From Balanoglossus misakiensis (lineage: Eukaryota; Animalia; Hemichordata), in NCBI GenBank assembly GCA_040954595.2, contig CM082597.2, positions 5,089,244-5,153,243 on the forward strand: DNA of 64,000 nt. The letters are read 5' to 3'. Both the position numbers and the translations under genes were made by a program. Below, one piece after another: positions 40,427 through 54,600 of the stretch. The notes beneath the pieces were generated by a model. That model was not told the origin of the DNA, made no database searches, and worked only from the letters and a program-made list of their open reading frames with translations. Numbering within the stretch: position 1 is the first letter of the stretch; each line of letters begins with the position of its first letter.

Positions 40427-40459
40427 ATGGGGAATGCAAAATCAACCAAAATCACCGAG
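40427..40459 (+). CDS. DIXDC1: DIXDC1 candidate alternative first coding exon E (MGNAKSTKITE)
   Basis: ATCATGG strong Kozak (a weaker in-frame ATG at 40421); GAG|GTGAGT perfect donor, phase 0; CpG cluster at 40190-40410. Confidence 0.65.
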
Positions 40460-43400
40460 GTGAGTCTAGTCATAATTGGGCGTCGTTTAAATATCCCAGG
40501 TGTGTTTCTGAAGTGTGTGCGGCTTAACTGATCAATTTATCCAGCCCCGCATATGGTATATACAATGTATGTATATCTTCACAACACAGCACATTTTACA
40601 GTTAAGGTTTCCGTGCCAAGTACAGCTTGACGGAAGTGCGATGATTACATCGTCCATATGTTAAGTAACGTGATCAGAGCTTCTACCTGTGTTGTCAATT
40701 TCAATTTTTGCAAAAACAATTACAGATTTTGATCTATTATTTTCATTCCAGTTGTACTGCCCAATTTTCTATGTTCTAAGTTTTATAGCTGCAATGTCAT
40801 CATAGGTACATAACTGCCAAACCATTTGTCAATTGATATACAACAGTTATACTGGTGCTCGCGTATCTGTCCAGTGTATAATGATCCCACCCAGGCAATG
40901 CCTGGGTTTGTCCGAACCCATTTCAATAGCTGCTGTTAAATTTATTACGCTGGTAATGTTTTTCATTGTGTAGTCAGACAATAGCCAATGACATACTCAA
41001 TAGTTGCAGGCTGATCGTGAACTCTGTGTGTGTATTAATGCTAGATGTTGAACTCGGCAATGTGACACCATACAATCATGTGGATAACTGTCCATTTAGT
41101 TTCATTAGGGCAGATCAATAACCGTTTGAAGTACGGATAATCTGTTAGAGCAAGCTGGTAATATAGCATAACATAAAATATATATTTCTTTGCTAGTGTG
41201 TGATCAGAAATCTAATTATCAATTTTTTTCTCCAGAATTTTATCCAGACTTATACTTGAAAAAAAAAGTTTGTTCAGAATTATTGTTTACATGTAATACT
41301 GGAGTGCATGCATTTAATTTCTAAAAAGACAATTTGGGGGATTTTGGCTTCACTAATTATATTACCGAAATAAAACCAATAGGATTATAAGTAAGCTTAA
41401 TAGTATCATGCAAGTCTGTATATAAATAAATCAAAAACAGGGAAATATCAGGCTTGCAGTAAAGTCCACAGACTACATGTACTAGTCGTGTAAATTTTCA
41501 CTGTGTACATCTGCCGAACATGTGTAGATTTTAATGAAAATATCTGAGAAAGCTTGTGAGTGTTGAATTCCACCATAGACAACATACAAAATTCATGAAA
41601 AAAGTGACGAAAATGTCACTATGATTGAAAATATCGGCTTAAAAAATAAAAAGTGTACACGTTTGAAGGTTTTATGTTTTATACGCAGTTTGAATTGACA
41701 ACATATTTTTCTGTCTAGGCAAACACAGACTGGTGATTAATCAAATCCTGTTATGCAGTAATCAATATTTGCACATTTGCCTAAAACTCATGCAACAAAC
41801 CTGTATTCATGGAATTGATGACTGAAAAGATTACTATGCTAATTGACTTCAGTTGACCATATCACAACTTAACTGTGATTTTAATGCAAACATGTGATTC
41901 CTGTTTGGGGTGACTTCACAGGGAAACCCAAATTTCCAAATGCCATTTCCACCCAAAGTAGACTGCGAGAAACCAACAGCAAAGTGATAAAGTTACAATA
42001 ACAGGAGACAGATATGACCAAAATGTAACAAATCATGGAAACAGTTGGCACCGGAGTGTCTCCAAGCTTTTGTATTTTGCTACATTGTAGTTTAAATGCA
42101 GTTTATCTATTGCATCAGATCTACAATGTTACAGTTTCATGTGCTACATTTTAGTCAATTTGTCTCCTATAGTGTTACAATTTGTTTCTTCCAACATGTT
42201 TTTGCAATACAATTTATGTTTTGGGTATATATACATTGCAAACGACAGGGTGAAAGAATATTGGAGAGGTTCTAACTGCTTAACTCAAGTGGGATGAATC
42301 CTATAAATTTTCTCTGATTTTTGTGTACTTTGTTCCCAGTGCATTGATTTTTATGTTCCAGCTTGACATGTGTGTAAACAAAATAAATAGTTGCATCATG
42401 GATTGAACTTGATAAAAAGTACTAAAAATGGTTGGCAAAAAATGGCATGAAGGTTGATATGTCGAATATCGTCCACAGAAATTACACTACCAATTGATTT
42501 TATTGTGTGTATGTGATGCAGATGTTAAAGCAGTGTGATATAAGGACCTTTATACAAGGACATGTCAATGACATCATATAGTATCAAACATACTGGTTCG
42601 ATAAAATATTAAACAATCTTGGAGTTCTATGTGTGTATCAATGAATTCTACTGTGTGTGAATATTCACAGGTCTTATCGGTATAGTCGTTTTACTTATTA
42701 GGTAATATTAAGCTAAAATCATGTCAGGGCATAGGGACTTCTTTATCTAACACTGTACTAGTCCCTGGAATTATGTTAAGTAGTGTTTTGCCTGAGGGGT
42801 GTCCTCACTGAAAATTCAGGGTGTGAAATTGTCGTTCATCTTTGGCAGGATTACAAATAGTCCTAGTAAAATGGAAAAAATGACAAAAATAAGCGAACAT
42901 GTAAAAAAAATTTCTGTCTCATGTGGCATATTAATACTACCTGTTTACAACTTCAGTCTGTGTGTTGAAAGTCACAGTTCATAACCTGTGACTATCAGAT
43001 GGGGATAGCTTGACATTTTGATAAATTTGATCGATAAGCATATACCGGTACAGTAATCGTGTTAATGCGTATCAACACATTAGCGAATGATTTGTAACTG
43101 TGAAAAAAAACCTGTGAAAATTTCAGCCCATTGCAGAAGGCTTTACTGCTGAAGGTCACAAAGCATATAGACATACGCAGCAGTCTTAGGACACAGCCGG
43201 TCATCTGAATCATGTGTGTAATTTACGGATTTAAAGATTTCAAACGTCATCATCTGTTTTAAGGATTTTACTATGAAGTAAACACTTGAAACAAAATACT
43301 TATTTACTGTGATTTATCAATAGTGTACGTACACTTTAGTTTTAATTTCATTACAAAATCTTGAATACAAAAAAAATATATGGTCAGAATAAGTTGAACA

Positions 43401-44566
43401 CCTTATGTAATACTCATAATGTAATTCTATCTCATTGATAAACTATCTTCTTTAAAAGTGCATATAAAAATCAATGAATCACTTAATTAATCTTAATGTT
43501 AAATGTCCTATTGAAAGTACAAATGTTACATAGTGTTTGTTGAATTCAAATAAACTGTGTCCTGTAGAAAGTACATGTGCAAATGTTAGATGTTAAATTG
43601 AAATAACCACACCCTGTTACTGTTGTAGCAACCAAAGGCACTATACAGGTATTACTCATATAAGATGTAATGGATGAATAAACTTTTAGATAAATGGAAA
43701 ATATTGGCCAATTGTCATGACAACCAGGTGGATGTTGTGACTCATCATATTGAATCTATCAGGAGATGTTGATAAAAAGTGATGTTATTGCCACACCCAA
43801 GGCCAGTGAACGACATCATTATTTTTTACAATACCTGTCAGTGATGTAGAAAGTAAAAACACCCTCTTTAATTCCTCCATATTTTAATATTTCAGTGGCA
43901 AATATCTTTCATATTTGTGTACGAAATTGTATTTTCTTTTGTCTTCTATTTTAGAAGATGTGTATACTCTATTCTAATAATCTACATTGATGTTTAATAG
44001 TTGCTGGTACGATTATGCTGGAATTAAGACCCTGAATTTAAAAATACATATTTGAAATGCCTTGAAAGTCCTTCAGTTAAATGAAATACATGTGCATACA
44101 TGTTATCACTGAACAACACCCGAGCCATCATAAAAAAATAATTATTTTGTAGTTATTGTTGGAAACCAGTTGGGACCTAAATAGCTCTAAACATAAAAAA
44201 ATGTTTTGCCAAACTACCTAATCTAAATATTGTTTTGTTAATAATAATGAAAAATTTTCAGTGTCAGGACATGTACAATATTTGACACCTCTAACCATGC
44301 ATGATAATTAAATTCCACAAAGGACCGAGTCTGCAACATTGCCCACTTATATACTGGAATTTTAATGTCTATTCTTTTTATGAAACTGTTTTTCTTATTG
44401 TGTTGTAAATCTGTGCGGAAAATCAATAATAGAAAATACCATGGTTGTTATAAAATGTACCACTGACTTGAAATCTTGGGCTTTGTTTTGGGTTTAATTC
44501 CAACAAAGATTTTGGGCTACAGGATATGCCGAAAGACGTTGGCTGAATTATATTTTTCATCAATAT

Positions 44567-44605
44567 ATGAATTCGAAACTTTCTGACTTGGCTATAAATC
44601 CCCAA
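44567..44605 (+). CDS. DIXDC1: DIXDC1 candidate alternative first coding exon F (MNSKLSDLAINPQ)
   Basis: CAA|GTAAGT donor, phase 0; small CpG cluster in a CpG-poor intron. Confidence 0.45.
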
Positions 44606-46873
44606 GTAAGTTGTATGAGCGATATACCGCAACATCCAATAATAGGCGACACCTGGAAAATGAATGCACCACACAAACCTCCAGCTCCAGATTTGCAACT
44701 TTTGTATTTATATAAACAATGTGACCATTGGCATTGTTATCAATGTAGACATTGTATCAAAATAAATTGGAAGTGTGATGAAAAATTTGACACATTGTTT
44801 GCAATGGTGTACAGTGTAATACAAAGTAACAATCACATTGTTTCCAATAATGTACATTATAGCAGTTATACTTGTGGCATATTTTGACTTGCTGGCAATA
44901 TGTGACCCAATAGCCCTCACACCCCACTTCCCTCTTTAGAGGTCTAACCTTACTATAGAAAACAATGGGATTGGACTGAACCATGGTGGTGAAAGGGGTA
45001 ATCTGAAATTGTTGGTTTTATGCTGTTTTCTTACACTGTATAGCTGTCATGAAGCATAGGTCAGTTTCTTTAAACTTATGATCATGATGTAGATCATTGC
45101 ATTAGAGAGTAAATTAAATGATGAATCAAGTCTTTGCCAATGTTTTCTTTTCTCGGATTGCAATGTACCGCTAACTCTAATACATGTGACGGTGTCTTAG
45201 TATTTGGGACACAGATTTTGACATAGTTGTTAAATGGTCACTTACACCAGTATAAGGAAGCTATACAATACAGTTCAATAGGGTGTTGTGTTTGTTTTAC
45301 AGGCTTTTCATTGAGATGTTTCAAATGGGTCACCTTTTTATAGATGGATGTCTTTCACACCCCTTGGCCTATGTCCTCATTGGACTTAAGCATTCAACAC
45401 ACAATTACAGTTTTGAATCGATGTTGATCCATCAGCAACATAATTAAGTATTAAGAAATACAACAAATCAAGCCAATATACATGTAGCCAACTGAAAATG
45501 CAGATTTAATATTGTAAGCATTTCTGAAACTTGCTCCAGGAATATAGGTCGATCTTAGTAGAGGTCAAACAACAATAGGCTGCCTGCATGATCTTTGTGT
45601 AAAATTTAAATCATTTTGTTGCTTTGAAAGTATTTAGATGTTGATGTAGTTGTGCAAGTACAAACATTGTGTCCACATCTGTGACATGTTTTGAACCCAC
45701 CAGGAATTTTAAATGGACATTATTTGATTGACGAAAATTGCCCAAGCTTCTCTTGTAACGTTGAGTGTTCAAAACAAATTACATACGTAATCAGAAATTG
45801 TATATCTGTGTTTGCCGAATTGAAATAAGTGTGTCTAAACGTGATACTTGCAACCTTTTATATCTTTCTGTTGGACATATTTTCATGCACACATATACAG
45901 TTGCACCTGTAATGAAAATCCCCTAGCTATTTTGTGATAGAAATTCCAACTGCAATTAATAAAAGTAGTAAATTAAAATTGATTTCTCCCGATGTCTGGC
46001 ATACAAAAAAATATATTTTGCACTAGTGCCTGTACGCCCAATAGAAGAGTCCACTTGATAGTAATCATCAGATATGGGGTCCCTAGATCTAAGCACTCAA
46101 ATCTCTCTCCCCTTTCATAAATGTATTCTTCCGTAAAGTTAAGAGATCGTGTATTCACCTACTTGCAACACAAGACAGTAGTCCATGACATGCCCTGGAA
46201 ATAAATAATACAAAGTGTAAGACGTCGCCTTGGACAGTGCATGGCCCCACTCGTCAAAAAATGCCATTAAAATTCCTCCAGATCTACCGTATATCTTCTT
46301 TTAGTTTGCAGATTTCATTGTAGTATTATGGACTGACAACATGGCTATACATACATCAAAAATTAATCCAAATCCAAATCATTGTATAGGTCGTTTTTTA
46401 ACTGATGACATCATCATTTTCATTGTCTTAAATCCATGTATTGATTAATTAATGCATTATATCAGAATCTGAATAAAAAAAATACACTTCTACAATAATA
46501 GGTCTTTAAATAAATTTCTAACATTTTCTAAATAAATTTCAACATTTTCTAGAATTTTATTTGAATTTGAAATGTTAACTGTCAATGAAATTGAAAAATA
46601 TATGCCAGAATGTTCAGAAAAGATTTTAATATACAAAATGTGCTTTCTTACATCAATAATCGCATGAATTGAATATTCAGCTTAAAACGAAATTGCAATT
46701 AAGATTTTATGATAGCTGGGTTATATGGTACACATACTCTTTTTGCCCATACGTCAAGCTCACAGGGGACATTTTATTGTATGGCTAGAAATTGAAGTTG
46801 TACGGTAGGAAATTGAATCTGTCTTGAGGCCAAGGAATGTCTGTACGTAAGAGGGATTTGTGTACAATGATTG

Positions 46874-47035
46874 ATGATCTGTACCTACACACAACAGTAC
46901 TGCGGCCATAACTACAGTCAAAGTGTGTCCATTGATGAGCTGTGGTCTGGTTTTCTATCTTATTGGTTGCACTTGCTAAATGCCAAAATTCTGCACTGTC
47001 ACTGGCCGATCGGTTTTCGCCACCGCGCAGCAGAG
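46874..47035 (+). CDS. DIXDC1: DIXDC1 candidate alternative first coding exon G (54 aa, MICTYTQQYC...FRHRAAE)
   Basis: Open frame to GAG|GTAATG, phase 0; CpG cluster at the 3' end. Confidence 0.3.
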
Positions 47036-47839
47036 GTAATGTACTCAACTTGTGATCATATCTAAACTTTAGTTGTCTGGGACTATATACACACAGTCAG
47101 AATTGCGACTGGAATGTACTGTACACTAGCTGTTTGTCTGTTCTTTGGTGGCCATAACTATTGTGTTCAGAAATGCTTTGTTGAATAAGTTGTCTGGTAC
47201 ATTATGTTTATACTCTTGTAGTCGTCAACAACAACAGATTATAGTATCAGAGTTTTTGTATTCGCCAGACACAGGCAATGTTCGTAAATTTTCTCCATGT
47301 ACATACATGGTGTAGTTTTGTGGTCGTAACACTATGGAATGTGAAATTGGTATCCATATTGAAATAGATAGTAGTAATTTATGGTGGTCTCCTTGTCAAG
47401 ATCTGCAGGCTTCATTCTGTGGTTTTTGCATGAATGCAGATCTTTGATTCTGTAATTCAATAACTCATCTCATTGTCCATTTTCCCCCATGTTTAATAGT
47501 GTATTTAATATATAACAAACCTTTGTCTTACACATTCAATGCCTTATAGTATTCAAATATGTATTTAGTCTGTAACACTACACGTCTGCCATGTAGTGTG
47601 TAAGGGGACACTTTCTGATGAATGTCGTAGTAGCCACAAAGTAATTTTCTCAAATATCAGACAAAAACAAACCCATAAATTCTCTCCTATTAGTTTTCAC
47701 ATGAAGGATTTCCTTCAAAAATGAGTAGTAATATTGTAGTTTGTTTGGTTAAGTGATTTAAGTTAAATATGTCAAACACAAAAATGGATCTTACCAGTCA
47801 AATATTTAAGCAAAAATTAATATGGAGACTTGAGTTTAT

Positions 47840-47888
47840 AGGTCATCAGAGGTCAGGACTTCCTGTACCTTTAGGCACTTCCTGTACC
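47840..47888 (+). promoter_or_regulatory. Perfect DR4 nuclear-receptor element followed by two ETS-type sites
   Basis: AGGTCA-tcag-AGGTCA (47840-47855); ACTTCCTGTACC twice (47858, 47877). Confidence 0.5.
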
Positions 47889-48507
47889 AGAAATGAGGCT
47901 AACCCCAATTCTCAAGGCTTACAATAGATTTCCCTTTCAAACAGAAAATCTGTTAAAAGTGACTTAATTATTATAGATTGTGTTTCCCGATGTGTGAATG
48001 TGGTACATTTAATCGAGTATGCCATCAGAAATGCTGATTGATACAAAATGGCCGCATTTGTTTACAGTTAAAGAGAGTAATGACTTCCCTTCCAAGCATG
48101 TCACATTCTTTCCCTTCACTCTGAATATAATCCACATCTGGTCGCCATGACCTCAGAACCACAACAACGTGCATATTTTTTTGCAAAATAGGGAGGTGGC
48201 AGTAAAGTTCAAAGATAATTTATTAAAAGTTAAAATATACTGATGTGTACAAGCTGTAGCTGACATAATTCATTGTAATTAAAAAAAAATGAATATTAAA
48301 GTTACACACAGTACTCATTTAAGCCTTTTGAACAGCTAACATGTTCACATGAAACATGTGATTCCTGACCTGATAACACAGTGGTAATTTCAACCACATA
48401 ACAGGATGTAAGGTCACTCAGACAGTGAATCTTCCAAATTATCGGCCATAATTACATTTGTATGTGATTTATTAATTAATTTTTCGTGTATTTCTGCCTT
48501 TTTTCAG

Positions 48508-48637
48508 CAACAATTACAAGCCTATGTAGCATGGGCTAACTCACAGCTGAAGAAGCGGCCAGGATGTCAGCTGGTGGAGGATCTCAAGCGAGATATGCAA
48601 GATGGCGTGGCATTGGTCCATCTTGTGGAAATTGTCT
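48508..48637 (+). CDS. DIXDC1: DIXDC1 first common exon (CH domain start)
   Basis: ttttttcAG|CAA CAA TTA CAA GCC; T|GTAAGT. Confidence 0.93.
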
Positions 48638-51600
48638 GTAAGTACATTATATTGACCAATGAGCAGCTCTTTCTTGTGTCACTTAATTTCTGTAATGGGG
48701 TATCTGAACACAGTAATTGACTATAGATGTACATGTACATGTATGAGGGTTGTGTGTGTGGCATATTGGAGTCCAATGATGCTTCACATTGAACTTGTGA
48801 AATTCATATCTGACATTCATCGTTTAAATATACCAAGAAATAACATATTTGTGTTTCTTTTTTTTGTTGACAGCTGGAGAGACATTGACAAGGGTTGATT
48901 TTAATCCACAAAGTACAGCTGCAATGAGAGAAAATATAGAAAGCGTGTTACAGTTTATGGCTTCTAAGAGAATACGCATGCATCATACCTCAGCCAAAGG
49001 TAAACATTTCTTGCTTGTCTGACACTATCATTCATGTAGTTTAATTATATTTAGAGGTTATGTTGGATGTATACACTAAGAAGCAGGGGTTAACAAACTT
49101 GACCATTGTATTACTTAGAAACTTTGGTGAATTTTGCTTTTAGAAATACAAGTGCATTATTAATCTTACCCACTTACAGAGTACATGTAAGTTTAAAATC
49201 GATCGAGTATAGTGTGGGTGAATATTTTCTCAAAAATTGAAATGAATACCTGCAATGTTCAAACACTAGAAAGTCTGAATAAATTATTTCTGTCTAATCA
49301 CAATTTAAATATACAGAACATCTCATGCAGAGTGTGTATAGGTATGTGTGTGTTGTCAGGGGTAACAAGGCAATACTTTGGCCATATGTGTGGCTGTATT
49401 GCCAGAGTCAACATTACTGACCAATGATTAATATTTTTTTGTGCTAAGAAAATAAAAACTTCATGATGTTCCATGTATACCTTTATCGAAGAGTTTACCT
49501 ATGAACACCATCACCTTAATATCTATATGCAATGCTGTCAAGTTTTAAAAAATATGAAAACATTTAACAACATGAAATGCATATTTTACCAGTCTGTGTC
49601 CCTGAGGAAAATGTCATATTTTGTAAGATAGCCATCTTGGATGGATGCCCAGCGTTGGACAATTGTGCTTGGCAACTACTTGTGGAATTTGGCTATTACA
49701 CCACACTAATACATTAATGATAACATTATATATTCCTGTGTCAATATATGCTGTGTGGTTGTCCGGAACACAGACATAATTCAACGCAATACATAGCAGG
49801 GCACTGAAATTTTTCTATGTACAGCATATTGTTTGTGGTCATGATCTGTGAGTGATTTAAGATTTAGAGTTTTGGTAAACTGATATGCTGTTTTGTCAGT
49901 GATTCCAGTCTTCCAATTTTCCCTAAGAATGTGTCTAACTGCTTGACAACACAAAATTATGACCAACAAACGTAAATATTATGGACCAGTTTCCCTCCTC
50001 TGTGTCCAAGGCCCTTGACGTTGCCATGTTTCATCTCGACACAGATATCGTCGACGGCAACCTGAAGGCCGTCATGAGACTCATCCTGGCACTAGCAGCG
50101 CACTACAAACCCAGCAGCGTCAAACAATCAGGCTACCAGTCGTCAGGGAAACCCGTCCAGAGGACGCCGTCGGCGGCCGCCGTGGCCGCGAACGTCGCAG
50201 CGGGACTGCGAGACATCCGGAATGAAATGGCCAATGCCGGACAAACGCCGAAGAGATTCCGCGAGCACCATCACCACAGATCATCAGAATACAGGTTTGT
50301 ATTGAAATCTATTTAGTCTAGTCCATGAAAACACTCAATACATTTGCAGAGCAGTCGAATAATTCGAAATATTTGCATTTTTGTTATTTTGTATATTTTA
50401 TTAAACTTTTTTGTAATTGTTGGCTAACAACTAATCTTTTAAATGATTGCAAAAATTAAAAAATTACTAAACGTACTAATTAACTTAGTTATAATTGCAT
50501 ATTATTTACAAACTAACTAACTCACTAACTTTGAAGATATACACAGAGATTTTCAGTGTACACCAATTGCAATAAAAATGTTAATCTTTTATCTTACGTG
50601 ATGCGACCTATGACCTCTGTTTTCTTGAGGCATCTTCCAGTTAGCAACCATCTTTACTTCACAACAATTGCAACATGGGTTCCTAGAAACAGCCCGTCAG
50701 AACACATGGTTGCCCGAGAACAGAAACGTTACTTGGATACTAGGGGCACCACATTTCTTACTGATAAAAATTGATTTGGCAGTTTTCCTAATTGCTTTGT
50801 TATTGTGATCTGTATCCAAATTTATCACAGGCTTGAACTGTTATTTACCATAAATTAAGTTATATAGAAACAATCACGCAATTACCCAAAAGTCATAGTT
50901 CGTATTTGTGTTTAATGTCATTTGGTGATGTGTAGTTTACAAACTTCACTAAAAATACACTTCTACTTGACATTTATTGTGAAATAATCCACAAGACCTC
51001 TGACCATTTTCACTCTTTTGTTCCTGTTTGTATGATCAGTTGAATCCCTGTCCATGCATTGTGAATATTTTTGCGATAAATAATTGTGTGTATTTTTGCT
51101 CTTAATGTTACAGACGTAGCAGTCCTTCACCGCACGGCAGCCCACAATCAGGTACACCAGTCATAGCATCAACGCCAATTCGACCACCCAGAGCCAAGTA
51201 AGTGTGATATATTGTTTTTTTGTATCATGATTGGTAATGATTTTTGATAATTGTATGAGATTAGAATATGTGAAATAAGAAAGTTATTTCTTATATTTGA
51301 GAAGTCACAACTTTGCCATTTATACCATTTGAACACAGTCATAACATTGCCATTTATACTGTTTGAACAAAACATAATACATAAGTTGAAATTCTTGAAG
51401 TATTAAATTATTTAAAATTTAAATCAGCATGAATTAATCTTTGTAAATTTCTGTAATATAGAATATTGATCTTTCCATTTTGTTTATTTCAGGGATAGAT
51501 TTAGTCATATCGAAATTGATAGTCCTAGTCCTGGTAGTAGTCCAAACATCAGTGCTCAACAAAGTCCTACGTCCAGTTTCAAAGGCACACCGCCCTCTAG

Positions 51601-54600
51601 TACCAGGGCATTGGACAGGCGGATGGTACCTCAGACGCTGTCCTATCAATCAAGCCAAGCAAGCAGTATATCAGGGAAAGCTTCAGATTCAGATCAGGGT
51701 AAGAATGGATTCTATTCTCTGCTTGATGTTCTTGGATTAACTTTGTGGGTGAATCTCACAATAGCTCTTAAATCAAGTTATTGGTAACTAAAGGTTAAAG
51801 TATCTTGCATGAGACATTCCAGCCTGACTGCATACAATGTGCCAAACCATAGACTCTAGTTACAAGATTTACAACAGTCAATGCTATAAGGCAGTGTGCT
51901 GTCCTAACAACAGATTAGATGGCGACCACCATAGTCTGTGTCAGAGATCAGGAAAAGACAGCAAATTGGGTGAAAAGAAGGGACAAAACTTACGTCTACT
52001 TTTGCTGTGCGCATGAAATATGGAAGGAAGCAATAACAATCCACTATTTGAATGTGTCGAATGCAAAATTTGCAGAACATTAGAATTGGATGTAATTTTG
52101 GACACACAAAATCACGCACATACGCATAAGACGATCGTCTGTCTTTAACAGCACGTTTTGTTGAATGGATGTTGACTTTTCTCATTTCACAGAAGGTGTG
52201 AATGACAATGATGACAAGAGCTCACAGTGTTCGTCAACGTCGTTTTGGAATGATTTACAAGAAGAACAAAGCGACCTTGCCAAGGAACTGGAAGAAACCA
52301 AGAAGATAGTGGCGACATTGCAAGATTTGGTAAGTGTGGAATGAATAATTTGAAAAACTCTTTTTATTGTAGAAATGACATGTGTTAAAGTCAATAGGTT
52401 GCTATATTAATAATATTGAACACAATTGCATATATTTGAATATAACAGGTTGTTTTTAATGTAATCCAATCATGTCTGTCTCATTTTAGCTATTAAACGG
52501 CCAAATACCAGATGGTGGAGCTTCAGAACCAGAAGAAGATCAACTATTGTTTGAAGGTGCTAATCCCAAGGAACAAGTGGTAAGTGCATGCAGGCTGTTA
52601 TTATCAAATTCTTCCATGGCTGCCATATGTTAAGATAACTTCATGCCTGTTCATCCAATGGTACAAATTTAGAGCAAAGTAGTCCAGCACAAATACTTGG
52701 CAAATGGTATGATAATATCATACTCTGTATATCTGCATGGAAAGAGTGATTTTCATGTCTACTGCATGTTATTAACACTTTCTAACAATTCTTTTTTTAT
52801 CAGGTTGTCCTCAACGCTAGATTAGATCAGTGCCAGGCTGAATGCAGTGATGTCAAGAATCAGCTGACGAAACAGAAACAAGAAAGTAGAAACTTACTAG
52901 GAGTCAAGGTGAGCAGATGGTACAGCTCTTTTCATTGGTAGAAATTGGAAGTAGGATAAAGTACTGACAAGTGAGAACCAATGGCAGACACTGACTCATC
53001 AAGTTTTAGAAGTAAATTAGAATGTTTCAAAGAGACCACAAGAGTAGTGTCCAGTTAATACCGATATTGACCCATGATAAACATCTCTCGCTGTCTTTCT
53101 CTCTCATCCAGGCTGGTTTGCAAACAAGACTCACAGAACAAGACAATTCGTTACTGCAACTGAAGGCTGAATTGCTCAGAATTGGTTTTACGCAGCAAAA
53201 TTTAGAAGCAGAAAATGTAAGTCAATCTAACTAACTTTGAACAATGGCAGCACAATGTCTCACATATGAATGATGAAGGTTGAAACATTGGGACATAGTG
53301 TATTGTAACACATTGTTGCTGAACTTGTCACAAAAAGATATTCTTCGAGACACAAGAAAATATTTGATAATTTATGTAAATACATAGCACTGATAAACAT
53401 TAATTTTAATAATTCAATAAAATGGTTCCTATAATGTACTTAATCAGCTTAGTACTCTCAGTATATATCATAAGTTGAACACAAGGAGTCTTGTGTCAGA
53501 ATGTGTATTACTATCGAAACCAACAAATAAATGTATGTGTCTGGACACATGCTAAACATACAAAAAACAATTATGGACAATAACCTCTGTATTACAGGCT
53601 GAACTCAAAAGAAAATTAGAAGAAAAAAGTAGATCGATATCTGACATGACAAGACAAATTCAACAAAAAGATAAGTTACTTACGCAGCAACAAGTACAAA
53701 TAGAAGAAGTTACGAAGCACTTACAAGAATTAAACGTTTTAAAAGTAAGTAAATTAAAAACCCATTTTTGTCACTTGTTTTATACAGAACTTACATGTAT
53801 GCTATCAATATTGGCAAGAAAAACAAAATCCAATGTAAAGTTGAATGTAGAGGGCGATTAAGAGTGACGTTCTAAGAACATTCGAGTGAGTGAATTGTAC
53901 ATGATGAAAATCTTTTTTTGGACATAGCAGTAGATAAATTGTTCAAATCCAGCACCTTTAACACATCAGATATTGATTTCTTTTCTTTCTTTTATGTAGA
54001 ATGAACTTCAAAATGAAGTCCAACAGAGAGATGATACAACAAGTAGTTTAGAATCGCAAGTTCACGATTTAAGCAGTAGACTAGGCAATCTAGGGTTATC
54101 AGAGGTAAGATATCTCATATATGCTTTGTGTAAAAACTTAATATTTTGTTTTAGTAAAGTGGGGGTAATTGATGTGCAGAAATATTAAAATTCAATGACT
54201 GGGACAGTGGCTTTTCCATGGAAATCATCATTTCCATGTATTATGTGGTGGTTCAGGTAGGGTGGTTCAATATTAATATTTTTTCTTATATTGACTCTTG
54301 CAGTCAAGTTTGTCAGGCAGAATGGCTATGCAGGACAGAATGATGGCTAAGTTAGAAGGCAAAATTTTACAAAGTAATGAAATCGGTTCCAATCTCTATC
54401 ACCACCCAGGTGAGGTAAGTACATTATCAACTATTCAAACCTGTGAGGTGAAGTACAGTCCTTCATAATGACATAACACATAACTATGTCCATCCTGTAA
54501 TTTTTTTTTTAAACCGAAAATTGCATCATACATGTACTATTATTTTTCATGCCTGTATTCATGGTATAAGTTGAGTTGTGCATTAGGTTATTGTGCAGAT

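Noticed and set aside
54410-54414. Upstream donor CCAG|GTGAGG in DIXDC1
   Set aside because: It is phase 1 and would shift the frame of the next exon. GAG|GTAAGT at 54414 fits.
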